Shown here in pieces: positions 9,547 to 19,312 of a stretch of 64,000 nucleotides of DNA. The notes under the pieces are model-generated. The model saw only the letters and a list, made by a program, of their open reading frames with translations, was not told the DNA's origin and ran no database searches. Made by a program: the position numbers and the translations under genes. This stretch comes from an uncultured Candidatus Rokubacteria bacterium (GTDB lineage Bacteria > Methylomirabilota > Methylomirabilia > Rokubacteriales > CSP1-6): the NCBI GenBank assembly GCA_963734175.1, contig CAVTGC010000005.1, positions 6,329 to 70,328 of the forward strand. Direction: 5' to 3'. The number at the start of each line of letters is the position of its first letter. The stretch's first letter is position 1.

Positions 9547-10463
9547 TCCGGTCGCACGCGCGGGTCGAGCGCGCCGTAGGAGAGATCGACCAGCAGGTTG
9601 ATCAGCACGACGGCGGCGGCGAAGACCAGGATGGCGCCCTGCACGGCCGGATAATCGCGCTGGCCGATCGCGTCGATCAGGTAGCGGCCCATCCCCGGCC
9701 ACGAGAACACCGTCTCGGTCAGGATCGCGCCGCCCAGCAATCGCCCGAACTGATCTCCGAGCACGGTGACCACCGGGATCAGCGCGTTCTTGAGCGCGTG
9801 CTTGATCACCACCCGCCGCTCGGGCAGCCCCTTGGCCCGCGCCGTCCGCACGAAGTCCTGGCCCAGCACCTCCAGGAGACCGGAGCGCGTCTGCCGGGCC
9901 AGCACGCCGGCGCCGAAGAGCCCCAGGCTCACGGCGGGCAGCACCAGGTGGCGCAGGGTGCCGGAGCCCCCGGCCGGCAGCCATTCCAGCGTGACGGAGA
10001 AGAGCAGGATGAGGATGAGGCCGGACCAGAAGATCGGCGTGCTGATGCCGGTGAGCGCCAGCGCGGTCGCCAGGTAGTCGATCAGGGTCGAGCGGCGCAC
10101 GGCGCTGACGATGCCGGCCGCGATGCCGACGAGCGCGGCCACCGCGATGGCGGCCACGGCCAGCTGAAGCGTGCGCAGGAAGCGCTCGGTCAGCTCCGGC
10201 GCCACCGGCGTGGAGGTGGCGATCGAGCGGCCGAGATCGCCCCGCAGCAGCCCACCCAGGTAGGCGACGTACTGCAGGGGGAGGGGATCATCGAGCCGCC
10301 AGCGCTGGCGCAGCTCGGCGATGACCTGCTCGGTGGCGAAGTCGCCGGCCAGCAGCCGGGCCGGATCGCCCGGGATCAGCCGGACGATCGCGAACACGCA
10401 GACGCTGACCGCCAGCAGCGTCGGCACGCCGATCGCCAGCCGGCCGAATATCAGACGGAGCAG
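9543..10463 (-). CDS. Peptide/nickel ABC permease (DppB-like); probable CTG start
   Basis: PGDPARLLAG, GDLGRS, DFVRTARAKGL, RDYPAVQG. There is an in-frame stop at 10470-10472. The only start that includes the expected N-terminal LRLIFGRL segment is CTG at 10463, 10 nt after GAGGA. Confidence 0.88.
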   Translation of the reverse strand: MLRLIFGRLAIGVPTLLAVSVCVFAIVRLIPGDPARLLAGDFATEQVIAELRQRWRLDDPLPLQYVAYLGGLLRGDLGRSIATSTPVAPELTERFLRTLQLAVAAIAVAALVGIAAGIVSAVRRSTLIDYLATALALTGISTPIFWSGLILILLFSVTLEWLPAGGSGTLRHLVLPAVSLGLFGAGVLARQTRSGLLEVLGQDFVRTARAKGLPERRVVIKHALKNALIPVVTVLGDQFGRLLGGAILTETVFSWPGMGRYLIDAIGQRDYPAVQGAILVFAAAVVLINLLVDLSYGALDPRVRPE

Positions 10464-10469
10464 GTGCGG

Positions 10470-12020
10470 CTAATCCTCGAAGAAGGCGGCGTGCAGCGAC
10501 TGGATCGACTCCAGCGGATTCCACTCCAGGCCCTTGAGCGTGCGCCGGGCCGCCCAGATCTGGGGCTCGCCGTAGAGCCACAGCGCCGGCATCTCGTCCA
10601 TGAGGATCTCCTGCATGCGGTGCAGGGCCTCGAGCCGCTTCTTGCCGTCGAGCGTGCTCTGCTCGAAGGTCAGCAGACGGTCGAACTCCTCGCTCTTCCA
10701 GAACGAGCCGTTGTTGCCCTTGGGACGCCAGAAGGCCGAGCCGAAGTCCTGGATGGCGCTGTCGATGTCGCCGTTGACCGAGCGCCAGCCGAACAGCACC
10801 GCCTGCACGGTGTTCTTCTCGACGGGCTGCGCGGTCAGCTGGGAGAGCGCGCCCCACTCGAGGTCGGTCACGCGCATCGTCACCCCGACCTGCTTGAGGA
10901 AACCCTGGACCGCCTCGACCACCTGGCCCGAGAGCAGGTAGCGGCCGGGCGAGTGGTGCAGCGTGAAGGCCAGATTGGTGGCGCCGGCCTCCTTGAGCAG
11001 CTGCCGGGCGTGCTCGGGGTTGTAACCCCAGCGGTCGAACCTGTCCGTGTAGCCGTGGCTGCCGACGGGGCCGGGCGAGTGCAGGGCCTTGGCGGTGCCG
11101 GCGAAGATGTTCTTCACGATCGAATCGCGGTCGATCGCCTGGTAGATCGCCTGACGCACGCGCTTGTCCTTGAACGGCTCCCGCTGGGTGTTGAGGTAGA
11201 CCCAGATGACCCGGGCCGAGGGCGGCGTGGCGACCGTCAGGTTGACGTTCCGGGCCAGGCGCGCCGCCTCCTGGGGCGGGACGTGGAAGATCAGGTCGAC
11301 GTCGCCGCTCTCCAGGGCCAGCATGCGCGCGCCCTGGTCGGGGTAGGCGCGGCTGACGATCGCGCGCAGCCTCGGCTTGCCGCCCCAGTACTGGTCGTTG
11401 GCCTCCAGCCGCACCTCCTGGCCGCGCTTGTGGTGCACGAACTTGAAGGGCCCGGTGCCGACCGGCGCCGTGTGCAGGTTGTCGTCGCCCACCTTGAGGA
11501 TCTGGGTGGGGCTGTAGACGACGATCCAGTGGTAACCCAGCGAGTTGATGAACGGCGCGAACGGCGCCTCCGTCGTCACCTTGAGGGCATGCTCGCCGGC
11601 CACGTCCATGGACTTCACCATCGCCAGCGTGGCCTTGCCGATCGAGTGCTTGCGAAAGCGCTCCAGGTTGAAGCGCAGCGCCTCGGCGTTGAACGGCGTG
11701 CCGTCCGTGAACTTGACGCCCTTGCGCGTGTTCAGCGTCCACGTCCGGCCGTCCTTCGACTGCTCCCACGACTCCACCAGCCACGGCACCACCTTGCCGT
11801 CGGTGGTGAGCCGCACCAGCGGCTCCGAGACCTGGTTGAGGATGCCGCCGTTGTGCAGGCCGGTGGCCTTGTGCGTATCGAAGATCGGCACGTCGGTCGG
11901 CATGCCGACGACCAGGGTGTCCTTGGCGGCGGGCGCGGTGCCGACGACGACCACCACCAGCGTGGCGGCCAGCGCCACCACGAGCCAGCGCATCTGCTCC
12001 CGCGTTCTCCGCCGAGCCAT
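10470..12020 (-). CDS. ABC substrate-binding protein, family 5 (DppA/GsiB-like)
   Basis: Signal peptide; LVESWEQSKDGRTWTLNTRKGVKFTDGTPFNAE, PVGTGPFKF, RVRQAIYQAIDR. Confidence 0.92.
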   Translation of the reverse strand: MARRRTREQMRWLVVALAATLVVVVVGTAPAAKDTLVVGMPTDVPIFDTHKATGLHNGGILNQVSEPLVRLTTDGKVVPWLVESWEQSKDGRTWTLNTRKGVKFTDGTPFNAEALRFNLERFRKHSIGKATLAMVKSMDVAGEHALKVTTEAPFAPFINSLGYHWIVVYSPTQILKVGDDNLHTAPVGTGPFKFVHHKRGQEVRLEANDQYWGGKPRLRAIVSRAYPDQGARMLALESGDVDLIFHVPPQEAARLARNVNLTVATPPSARVIWVYLNTQREPFKDKRVRQAIYQAIDRDSIVKNIFAGTAKALHSPGPVGSHGYTDRFDRWGYNPEHARQLLKEAGATNLAFTLHHSPGRYLLSGQVVEAVQGFLKQVGVTMRVTDLEWGALSQLTAQPVEKNTVQAVLFGWRSVNGDIDSAIQDFGSAFWRPKGNNGSFWKSEEFDRLLTFEQSTLDGKKRLEALHRMQEILMDEMPALWLYGEPQIWAARRTLKGLEWNPLESIQSLHAAFFED

Positions 12021-12027
12021 CACGCCA

Positions 12028-12855
12028 TCACCGCTGCGACAGGTAGTGTTGAGCGACCTGGATCGGGGTGGCGACCCACACGTCACCCTTGCCGAGGATC
12101 AGCTCGATGAGCCGCGACACCATCCGCATGCGCGAGGGGCGGCCGATCACCTGGGGATGCCCCATCAGGTTGAAGAACCCGCCCTCCTCGTAGGCGCCCT
12201 CGAACTCTTCCTTCCAGATCTCGAACACGTCTTCCTGGCTCCAGATGCCGTTGCCGACCGGCGGCACCGCGCTGAAGCCGAAGAAGGGGAAGTCGTTGTT
12301 GCACCACGCCGTCGGCAGCTCGACCAGCTCGCCGTGCACGGTCTTGTGGCAGTAGGGCAGGTCGGTGTCCATGAGGTTCGAGTGGTAGACGAAGCCGTGC
12401 TTCTTGAGCAGCGTCATCGTGTGCTGGGAGGGATCGGCCGAGGGGGCGCGGGAGCCGAGCGGCGTGACGTCGAGGATCGTCTTGAAGATGTCCATCGACT
12501 TCAGGAGCAGCGCCTCCTCCTCGGCGAGGCCGCCCTGCATGAAGAATGGCTTCTCGTGCAGGTAGCCGTGGTGGCCCACCTCGTGGCCGCGCTGCACGAT
12601 CTCGCGGCAGAGGTCCGGGTAGCGCTCGACGATCCAGCCGGGAATGAACCAGCCGGCCTTGATGCCGTAGCGGTCGAGCACGCGCAGGATGCGGGGGGCG
12701 CCGGTCTTCGGCCCGTAGGCGCCCATCGACATGTGCAGCGGCCGCTCGGCCAGGCCGGCGTCGCGGTGGATCCACGGGCTCTCGCCGTCGAGATCGAACG
12801 AGATGGTGAATGCGCACCGCTTGCCCTTCGGCCACTTGATGGTCGGCTGCTCCAT
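12028..12855 (-). CDS. Polysaccharide deacetylase (CE4, PuuE/HpPgdA-like)
   Basis: TISFDLD, YGPKTGAPRIL, HEVGHHGYLHE and MGHPQVIGRPSR motifs. Confidence 0.85.
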   Translation of the reverse strand: MEQPTIKWPKGKRCAFTISFDLDGESPWIHRDAGLAERPLHMSMGAYGPKTGAPRILRVLDRYGIKAGWFIPGWIVERYPDLCREIVQRGHEVGHHGYLHEKPFFMQGGLAEEEALLLKSMDIFKTILDVTPLGSRAPSADPSQHTMTLLKKHGFVYHSNLMDTDLPYCHKTVHGELVELPTAWCNNDFPFFGFSAVPPVGNGIWSQEDVFEIWKEEFEGAYEEGGFFNLMGHPQVIGRPSRMRMVSRLIELILGKGDVWVATPIQVAQHYLSQR

Positions 12856-12899
12856 GACTGCCTCCGTGGCGGGACGTCGAACGAGCCCCGTGTGGCTTG

Positions 12900-12928
12900 C
12901 GTATACCGGCGGGCCGCGAGGCTGTCAA
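12900..12928 (-). promoter_or_regulatory. Sigma70-type promoter for the deacetylase/ABC operon
   Basis: Minus strand TTGACA (12928-12923), 17-nt spacer, TATACG (12905-12900). Confidence 0.7.
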
Positions 12929-12949
12929 GCCGACCGCCCCCGGGCGCTG

Positions 12950-12958
12950 TGCTAGACT
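12950..12958 (+). promoter_or_regulatory. Extended -10 element for the NitT/TauT operon
   Basis: TGC-TAGACT, followed by GGAGG and GTG at 12986. Confidence 0.5.
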
Positions 12959-12985
12959 CGCGCCCTGTCGCGCGGAGGATCGCAC

Positions 12986-13816
12986 GTGGCCTCGTTCCTG
13001 AGCAGTGTGCCGGAGCTGATGGACGCGGGATTGCGCGGCCCCCGCCTGCCGCGCGGGCGCGCCCTGACCCTGCAGCTGGGCGCCGTCGCCGCCTTCCTCG
13101 CTCTGTGGAGCCTGCTGGCCGGCGTCGTCGTCATGTTCGAGCTCTTCAACCCGATCTTCCTGCCCGGCCCCTGGCTCGTGCTGGGCGCCCTCGTGGAGCT
13201 GGCCGCGAAGGGCCAGCTGTGGATCCACCTCACCGCGACGCTCGAGCGGGTGGCGATCGGCTTCGGCACCGGCGCCGCCCTCGGGGTGGGGCTGGGGCTG
13301 GCGGCCGGTTACCTGACGCCGGTCCGCAACGTGGTGGAGCCGCTCGTCGAGCTGCTGCGGCCGGTGCCTCCGCTGGCCGTGCTGCCGCTGTTCATCGTGT
13401 GGGTCGGCATCGGCGAGCCCTCCAAGATCGGCTTCATCACCTACGCGACCTTCTTTCCGATCTTCCTCACCACCGTCACCGGCGTGCGGCAGATCGACCC
13501 CGTGCTCCTGCGCGCGGCGCAGAGCCTCGGCGCCCGCGGGCTGCCGCTGTTCACCCGCGTGATCCTGCCGGCCGCGCTGCCCGACGTGCTGACCGGGCTG
13601 CGGCTCGGCGTGGCGCTGGCCTTCTTCGTCATCGTCATCTCGGAGTTCATCGGGGCCGAGCACGGCCTCGGCTACCTCATCAACGACGGCCGCAACTTCT
13701 TCCTGGTGCCGCAGATGCTCGGCGCCGCCGTGGTGCTGGGGCTGCTGGGCTACGCCGGCAACGCGCTCGTACGGCTGGTCGAGCGCCGCGTGATGCGCTG
13801 GCAGCAGCCGGCGTGA
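12986..13816 (+). CDS. NitT/TauT/SsuC-type ABC permease
   Basis: LLRPVPPLAVLPLF; LLRAAQSLGA; RVILPAALP. Confidence 0.9.
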   Translation: MASFLSSVPELMDAGLRGPRLPRGRALTLQLGAVAAFLALWSLLAGVVVMFELFNPIFLPGPWLVLGALVELAAKGQLWIHLTATLERVAIGFGTGAALGVGLGLAAGYLTPVRNVVEPLVELLRPVPPLAVLPLFIVWVGIGEPSKIGFITYATFFPIFLTTVTGVRQIDPVLLRAAQSLGARGLPLFTRVILPAALPDVLTGLRLGVALAFFVIVISEFIGAEHGLGYLINDGRNFFLVPQMLGAAVVLGLLGYAGNALVRLVERRVMRWQQPA

Positions 13817-13818
13817 CG

Positions 13819-14592
13819 ATGGCCGCCGGCCCCAAGATCCAGGTCCAGCGCGTCACCCGGGCGTTCGGGCCGCCGGGGCGGGCCATCCCCGCGCTGGCCG
13901 AGGTCGACCTCGACGTGGCCGAGCGGGAGCTGGTGTGCCTGCTGGGGCCGTCGGGGTGCGGCAAGTCGACGCTGCTGAACATCATCGCCGGCTTCCTGGC
14001 CCCCTCCAGCGGCACCGTGCGGGTGGACGGGCACGCGGTGACCGGCCCGGCGCCCGAGCGGGGCGTCGTGTTCCAGGAGTACGCGCTGTTCCCGTGGCTG
14101 ACGGTGACCGGCAACGTCGAGTTCGGTCCCCGCCTGCGGGCCCGGCCGGCCGCCGAGCGGCGGCAGACCGTGGACCGTTATCTCGACCTGGTCGGCCTGC
14201 GCGCCCACGCCGACAAGTATCCGACCCAGCTCTCGGGCGGGATGAAGCAGCGGGTGGCCATCGCCCGCGCCCTCGCCAACGACCCCGCCGTCATCCTGAT
14301 GGACGAGCCGTTCGGCGCCCTCGACGCCCAGACTCGCGAGACGCTGCAGGACGAGCTGTCCAAGATCCAGCGGGTGGAGCACAAGACGATCCTGTTCGTC
14401 ACCCACTCCATCCGCGAGGCCGTCTACCTCGCCGACCGTGTCGTCGTGATGACCTCGGTACCGGGGCGCATCCGGCAGATCTTCTCGATCAAGCTGCCGG
14501 AGGTGCGTGACCGCTTCGCGGCGGAGTTCACGCAGTACGAGAGCGACATCACGCGGATCGTGAAGGAAGAAGTGGCCAAGGTGCGGGAGTGA
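13819..14592 (+). CDS. NitT/TauT/SsuB-type ABC ATPase
   Basis: Walker A GPSGCGKST, LSGGMKQRV signature, ILMDEPFGALD, FVTH. Confidence 0.95.
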   Translation: MAAGPKIQVQRVTRAFGPPGRAIPALAEVDLDVAERELVCLLGPSGCGKSTLLNIIAGFLAPSSGTVRVDGHAVTGPAPERGVVFQEYALFPWLTVTGNVEFGPRLRARPAAERRQTVDRYLDLVGLRAHADKYPTQLSGGMKQRVAIARALANDPAVILMDEPFGALDAQTRETLQDELSKIQRVEHKTILFVTHSIREAVYLADRVVVMTSVPGRIRQIFSIKLPEVRDRFAAEFTQYESDITRIVKEEVAKVRE

Positions 14593-15350
14593 GCCCGGCG
14601 GTGGTGCGGACCGCGGCGATCGCCGGGGGGCTGGTGCTGTGGGCGGCGTTCACGGCCGTCAACGCGCGGGTGGGGTTCGTCAACCCGGTGCTGCTGCCGA
14701 CGCCGCTGGACGTGGGGCGCGTCGCCGTGGACCTGATCGGCAGCGGCGAGCTGGCCCGCCACGTCGCGACGTCGCTGGGGCGGGTGGCCCAGGGCTTCGG
14801 CGTGGCCACGGTGGCCGCGCTCGCCCTCGGCCTGCTCGTCGGCCTCTGCGTGCCGCTGCGGCTGATGGCCGAGCCGGTCATCGAGCTCGTGCGGCCGATC
14901 CCGCCGCTGGCCTTCCTGCCGATGTTCCTGGTGTGGTTCGGCCTCGGCGAGGCCTCCAAGGTGGCGTTCATCGGCTACACCACGTTCTTCCCGATGTTCG
15001 TCGCCATCGCGGCCAGCGTGCTGCGCGTGGACGTGGTGCTGCTGCGGGCGGCGGCCAGCCTGGGCGCCTCGCGCGCCGACCTCGTGCGCCGCGTGATCCT
15101 GCCGGCCGCGCTGCCCGGCATCGTGGTGGCCCTCCGCGTCGGCATCGGGCTGGCGCTGTTCGTGATCGTCGGGGCGGAGTTCATGGGCGCCGACGCCGGC
15201 CTCGGCCACCTCATCATGGAAGGGCGGGTCTTCTTCAATCCGGCCCAGATCGTCATGGGAGCCCTGGTGCTGGGGCTCCTGGGCTCGCTGGTCAACACGC
15301 TGTTACTGGTCGCCGAGCGCCGCCTGCTCCACGGGCGCGCCGCATCCTGA
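14589..15350 (+). CDS. NitT/TauT/SsuC-type ABC permease (second)
   Basis: RPIPPLAFLPMF; LLRAAASLGAS; RVILPAALP. Confidence 0.9.
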   Translation: MSPAVVRTAAIAGGLVLWAAFTAVNARVGFVNPVLLPTPLDVGRVAVDLIGSGELARHVATSLGRVAQGFGVATVAALALGLLVGLCVPLRLMAEPVIELVRPIPPLAFLPMFLVWFGLGEASKVAFIGYTTFFPMFVAIAASVLRVDVVLLRAAASLGASRADLVRRVILPAALPGIVVALRVGIGLALFVIVGAEFMGADAGLGHLIMEGRVFFNPAQIVMGALVLGLLGSLVNTLLLVAERRLLHGRAAS

Positions 15351-15364
15351 AAGGAGCCACACCC

Positions 15365-16393
15365 ATGCGTAGCCTGCTCGCCGCTCTCCTGACTGTCGCC
15401 GCTCTCGCCGGCGACGCCCTCGCCCAGGGCAAGCCCGAGCTCACCGAGATCGACGCCTGGCTCGTGCGTGACGCCCAGATGTCCTCGCAGTTCGCGGTGG
15501 CCGACGCGCTCGGCTACTTCAAGGCCGAGGGCATCAAGGTCAACCCGCGCTGGTACATCTCCGGCCCCGACCTGCCGTCGATGTGGGGCGCCGGCAACAT
15601 CCACCTGGCCACGGCGACGGCCACCATGGTGGTGCCCATCGCCGCCGCCGGCCAGACCATCTACAACATCGCGCCCCAGACCGACGTGGCCGGCACCCAG
15701 CAGATCGTCCTCGGCAAGAAGGGGCAGGAGATCGTCCGCTCGCCCAAGGACTTCGAGAAGCTGAAGATCGGCATGCCCAAGGGCGCCTCGGTGACGATGG
15801 CCATCCAGGCCATGGCACGCGACCACGGCATCGACTTCAACAAGATCCAGTTCGTGAACCTGTCGCCGCCCGACGCGGTGACGGCGCTGGCCAAGGGCGA
15901 CATCGACGCCATGGCGGCGTGGGCCCCGTGGGTCTTCAACGCCGTGAAGCAGGGGGGCGGCAAGGTCTACTTCACCGGCAACAAGAGCATGATCCCCGGC
16001 AAGGAAGGCCAGGTCGACTGGCTGCACGTGCACGCCGGCGTGGTGGCCAGCGGCAAGATGCTGAAGGAGAGCCCCAACACGCTGAAGGCCATCCTCCGCG
16101 CCCTCCGCAAGGCGACCGACACCATCAACAGCGACCGCGAGACCGCGGTGAAGATCGTCTCCCGCGAGATGAAGACCGACGAGGCGCTCACGCGCGACAT
16201 CATGGCCCTGAACATCTACTCGATGGAGATGAACGAGAAGATCTACAAGGGCATGGTCGAGTTCGTCGACTTCCTGCACTCGCTCGACCGGATCAAGCAG
16301 AAGTTCCCGGCCGAGAGCGTGATCTACACCAGGCTGCTGGAGGAGACCGACCCCTCCCTGGTGAAGTGGAAGTCGAAGACCGAGGTGAAGTGA
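15365..16393 (+). CDS. NitT/TauT-family ABC substrate-binding protein
   Basis: Signal peptide ending ALAQ; GYFKAEGIKV, ALAKGDIDAMAAWAP. Confidence 0.85.
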   Translation: MRSLLAALLTVAALAGDALAQGKPELTEIDAWLVRDAQMSSQFAVADALGYFKAEGIKVNPRWYISGPDLPSMWGAGNIHLATATATMVVPIAAAGQTIYNIAPQTDVAGTQQIVLGKKGQEIVRSPKDFEKLKIGMPKGASVTMAIQAMARDHGIDFNKIQFVNLSPPDAVTALAKGDIDAMAAWAPWVFNAVKQGGGKVYFTGNKSMIPGKEGQVDWLHVHAGVVASGKMLKESPNTLKAILRALRKATDTINSDRETAVKIVSREMKTDEALTRDIMALNIYSMEMNEKIYKGMVEFVDFLHSLDRIKQKFPAESVIYTRLLEETDPSLVKWKSKTEVK

Positions 16394-16959
16394 CCGCCGC
16401 GCCCGCGGCAGGGCCGCCGGATGCGGCGGCCCTGCTGGCCGGCGCCCGCGCCGAGCTGGCGCGGATGCCCGAGATCCTGGCCGGGCTGCTCGGCGGCCTC
16501 GACGCCGCCGCCTGGCGCGCGCGGCCGGCGCCGGCCGAGTGGGCGCCGGTGGAGATCGTCTGCCACCTGCGCGACGAGGAGACGGAGGACTTCGGCGCCC
16601 GGGTCCGCGTGATCGTCGAGGGCGGCCGGCGCTTCGCGCCGAACGATCCGGAGCGCCTGGCCATCGAGCGGCGCTATCGGGACGACGACGGCCCCCGCGC
16701 GCTGGCCGCGTTCCGCGAGCGTCGCGCTGCCAGTCTCACCTTCCTGGCCGGGCTCGCCCCCGAGCGTCTCGAGGGGGCCGTCGAGCGTCCGAGCGGAGGC
16801 GCGCTGTCCGGGCTCGACCTGCTGGCGTCCTGGGTCGCCCACGATCGCCTCCACCTCGCGCAGCTCGCCGCCACCCTTGCCCGCGGCTGGGCCGACCGGT
16901 GGGCGCCGCTCCGTGTGGACTACGCGGGGCCGATCCCGTACGGCTCGCCGGAGGCCTGA
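16390..16959 (+). CDS. DinB-family protein
   Basis: WAPVEIVCHLRDEE...WVAHDRLHLAQL (His metal triad). Confidence 0.8.
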   Translation: MTAAPAAGPPDAAALLAGARAELARMPEILAGLLGGLDAAAWRARPAPAEWAPVEIVCHLRDEETEDFGARVRVIVEGGRRFAPNDPERLAIERRYRDDDGPRALAAFRERRAASLTFLAGLAPERLEGAVERPSGGALSGLDLLASWVAHDRLHLAQLAATLARGWADRWAPLRVDYAGPIPYGSPEA

Positions 16960-16962
16960 CCG

Positions 16963-17379
16963 CTAGGTCGCCCGGTCGTACACCGTGAGCTCGACCAGGT
17001 TCTCGTCGGGGTCGCGGAAGTACACGCTGGTCGACAGCCCCCGGGCGCACGTGCGTGGCCCCGGCCCCGCCTCGATCGCGATGCCGTTGCGCGTGAGGAG
17101 GTCCAGCACCTGCTCGACCGTGCCCTCCCATTCGAAGCAGAAATCGGCGGCGCCCGTCGTGGGCCGCCGGGCGCCGAGATAGCCGGGCCGGGCCGGCCAG
17201 TCCGTCTGATGCACGTTGATCTTCTGGGCGCTGCCGACGCGGATGGTCGGCATGCCGCGGCCGGGACGATTGGGACGCGCCTCCCAGGCGATCGCGAATC
17301 CCAGCCCCGCGTAGAAGGCGAGCGTGCGCTCCAGATCCGCGGCGACGATGACCCAGTGGTCGATGCCCTTGACGCCCAT
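16963..17379 (-). CDS. VOC/glyoxalase-family protein
   Basis: IDHWVIVAADLERTLAFY...SVYFRDPDENLVEL; GGAGGA RBS. Confidence 0.85.
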   Translation of the reverse strand: MGVKGIDHWVIVAADLERTLAFYAGLGFAIAWEARPNRPGRGMPTIRVGSAQKINVHQTDWPARPGYLGARRPTTGAADFCFEWEGTVEQVLDLLTRNGIAIEAGPGPRTCARGLSTSVYFRDPDENLVELTVYDRAT

Positions 17380-17440
17380 GCTGATCCTCCGGACCCGATG
17401 ATAGTCGCCGCGGTATGCTTCGAGCCCGGGAGGATTCCAC

Positions 17441-17986
17441 ATGGCACGGTTGACGCCGATCACGAGCAAGGAGCAGGTACCCGCCAAGGACCACGCGATC
17501 GTGGACGGCATCGTCCAGAGCCGCGGGGCGCTGCAGGGGCCGTTCACGATGTTCCTGCATTCTCCCGAGCTGGCCGGGCGCCTGGCCCACCTCGGCGCCT
17601 ACGTGCGCTTCGAGGGATCGCTCGACATGCGGGTGCGCGTGCTGGCCGCCATGACGGTGGCGCGCGAGCTGGAGGCGGTCTACGTGTGGGGCGCCCAGAC
17701 GGGCGGCGCCCGGCGGCTCGGCGTGCCCGAGACCACCATCACCGCCATCCGCGAGAACCACTCACGCGGCATTCCGGCCGAGGACGCCCAGATCGTCGAG
17801 TTCACGCGTGCGCTCCTGCGCGCGCACCGCGTGGATGACGCCACCGCGAAGGCGATCCGGGCGCGCTTCGGCGACGACGGCTTCATCCAGCTGACCGGCG
17901 CCATCGGCTATTACAGCATGCTCGCCATGACCGTGAACGCCTGCGAGCTCGAGGCCGCTCCCGGCGCCGAGGTCCTGACCCGCTAG
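17441..17986 (+). CDS. Carboxymuconolactone decarboxylase/AhpD-like family protein
   Basis: GPFTMFLHSPEL, AIGYYSML pattern; helical AhpD-like fold inferred. Confidence 0.7.
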   Translation: MARLTPITSKEQVPAKDHAIVDGIVQSRGALQGPFTMFLHSPELAGRLAHLGAYVRFEGSLDMRVRVLAAMTVARELEAVYVWGAQTGGARRLGVPETTITAIRENHSRGIPAEDAQIVEFTRALLRAHRVDDATAKAIRARFGDDGFIQLTGAIGYYSMLAMTVNACELEAAPGAEVLTR

Positions 17987-18032
17987 GGCGGTGGTAGACT
18001 GCCGCCATCGGCAGGCCAAGGGAGGATCAGCC

Positions 18033-19310
18033 ATGCTCTCTCGCGAGGACAACGCGCTCCTGACCCGGGTCGATCGCGGCACCCCCATGGGCACTACCCT
18101 GCGCCGGTACTGGATCCCGGCCCTGCTGGCCAGCGAGCTGCCGGAGCGGGACGGCGCGCCGGTCCGGGTGCGGCTGCTCGGCGAGGATCTCGTGGCCTTT
18201 CGCGACAGCCAGGGCCGCATCGGCCTCCTCGACGAGTACTGCCCGCATCGCCGCGCCTCGCTGTTCTTCGGACGCAACGAGGAGTGCGGGCTGCGGTGCG
18301 TCTACCACGGCTGGAAGTTCGACACCGACGGCCGCTGCGTGGACATGATGAACGAGCCAGCCGAGCTGCAGTTCAAGGACAAGGTCTTCGCGACGTCCTA
18401 CCCGACGCTGGAGCTGGGCGACCTCATCTGGACGTACATGGGACCGCCCGAGCGGATGCCGGCCCCGCCGAAGTTCGGCTTCACCCAGGTGCCGGCCTCG
18501 CACCGCCAGGTGTCGAAGGTCATCCAGGAGAGCAACTGGCTGCAGGGCGTCGAGGGCGGCATCGACACGTCCCATGCGCCGATCATGCACCGGCTGCTCA
18601 CGGTCGACTCCACGCGCCCCGGCTTCAAGCCGACCAACCCGTTCGTGCGCGGCAAGGCGCCGAAGCTCGAGATCGACCCGACCGACTATGGCTACCAGTA
18701 CGCCGGGGTGCGCCCCCTGGACGAGGACAGCGTGCACGTGCGCACCTACCACTTCATCCTGCCGTTTCACCAGATCCGGCCCTCGCAGTCCGAGCGGGGC
18801 TTCCCGCTGATGGCCGGCCACGCGTGGGTGCCGATGGACGACGCCACCACGATGGTCTTCAACTGGGAGGTCAGCACGACCGCGGAGCCGCTGACCGACG
18901 CGGACCGCATCGAGCTGGAACGCCGGCTCGGCAACGGGCCGGACGACGTCGATCCGACGACCTTCCGGTCGATCCGCAACCGCCAGAACAACTACCGGCT
19001 CGATCGGCACGTGCAGAAGACCGAGTCGTTCACCGGCATCGACGGCATCAACACGCAGGACCGGGCGATCCAGGAGAGCATGGGCGCCGTCGTCGACCGC
19101 AGTCGTGAGCACCTCGGTCCCGCCGACCGGGCGGTGATCCAGGCCCGCAAGCTGCTGATGGAGGCCCTGCGCACCACCGAGGCCGGCGGCGCCCCTCACG
19201 GCACCGCGCCGACGTACTACGCGCTGACCGCCGGCGAGGCCGTCCTGCCGCGCGGGACCGATTGGCGGGAGATCGCCAACCCGGTGCGCGAGGCCGCCAC
19301 CCCGCGCTGA
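18033..19310 (+). CDS. Rieske aromatic oxygenase alpha subunit (phthalate 4,5-dioxygenase/LigX-like)
   Basis: Rieske CPHR...CVYHGW; mononuclear-iron EGGIDTSHAPIMH and QDRAIQE. Confidence 0.9.
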   Translation: MLSREDNALLTRVDRGTPMGTTLRRYWIPALLASELPERDGAPVRVRLLGEDLVAFRDSQGRIGLLDEYCPHRRASLFFGRNEECGLRCVYHGWKFDTDGRCVDMMNEPAELQFKDKVFATSYPTLELGDLIWTYMGPPERMPAPPKFGFTQVPASHRQVSKVIQESNWLQGVEGGIDTSHAPIMHRLLTVDSTRPGFKPTNPFVRGKAPKLEIDPTDYGYQYAGVRPLDEDSVHVRTYHFILPFHQIRPSQSERGFPLMAGHAWVPMDDATTMVFNWEVSTTAEPLTDADRIELERRLGNGPDDVDPTTFRSIRNRQNNYRLDRHVQKTESFTGIDGINTQDRAIQESMGAVVDRSREHLGPADRAVIQARKLLMEALRTTEAGGAPHGTAPTYYALTAGEAVLPRGTDWREIANPVREAATPR

Positions 19311-19312
19311 CC

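Noticed and set aside
9480-14592. Very long ORFs 9480-12110 (+) and 11545-14592 (+, 1015 aa)
   Set aside because: These are shadow ORFs antisense to clear ABC and deacetylase genes, a common artefact at high GC. Only 13819-14592 of the second encodes a recognisable ABC ATPase.
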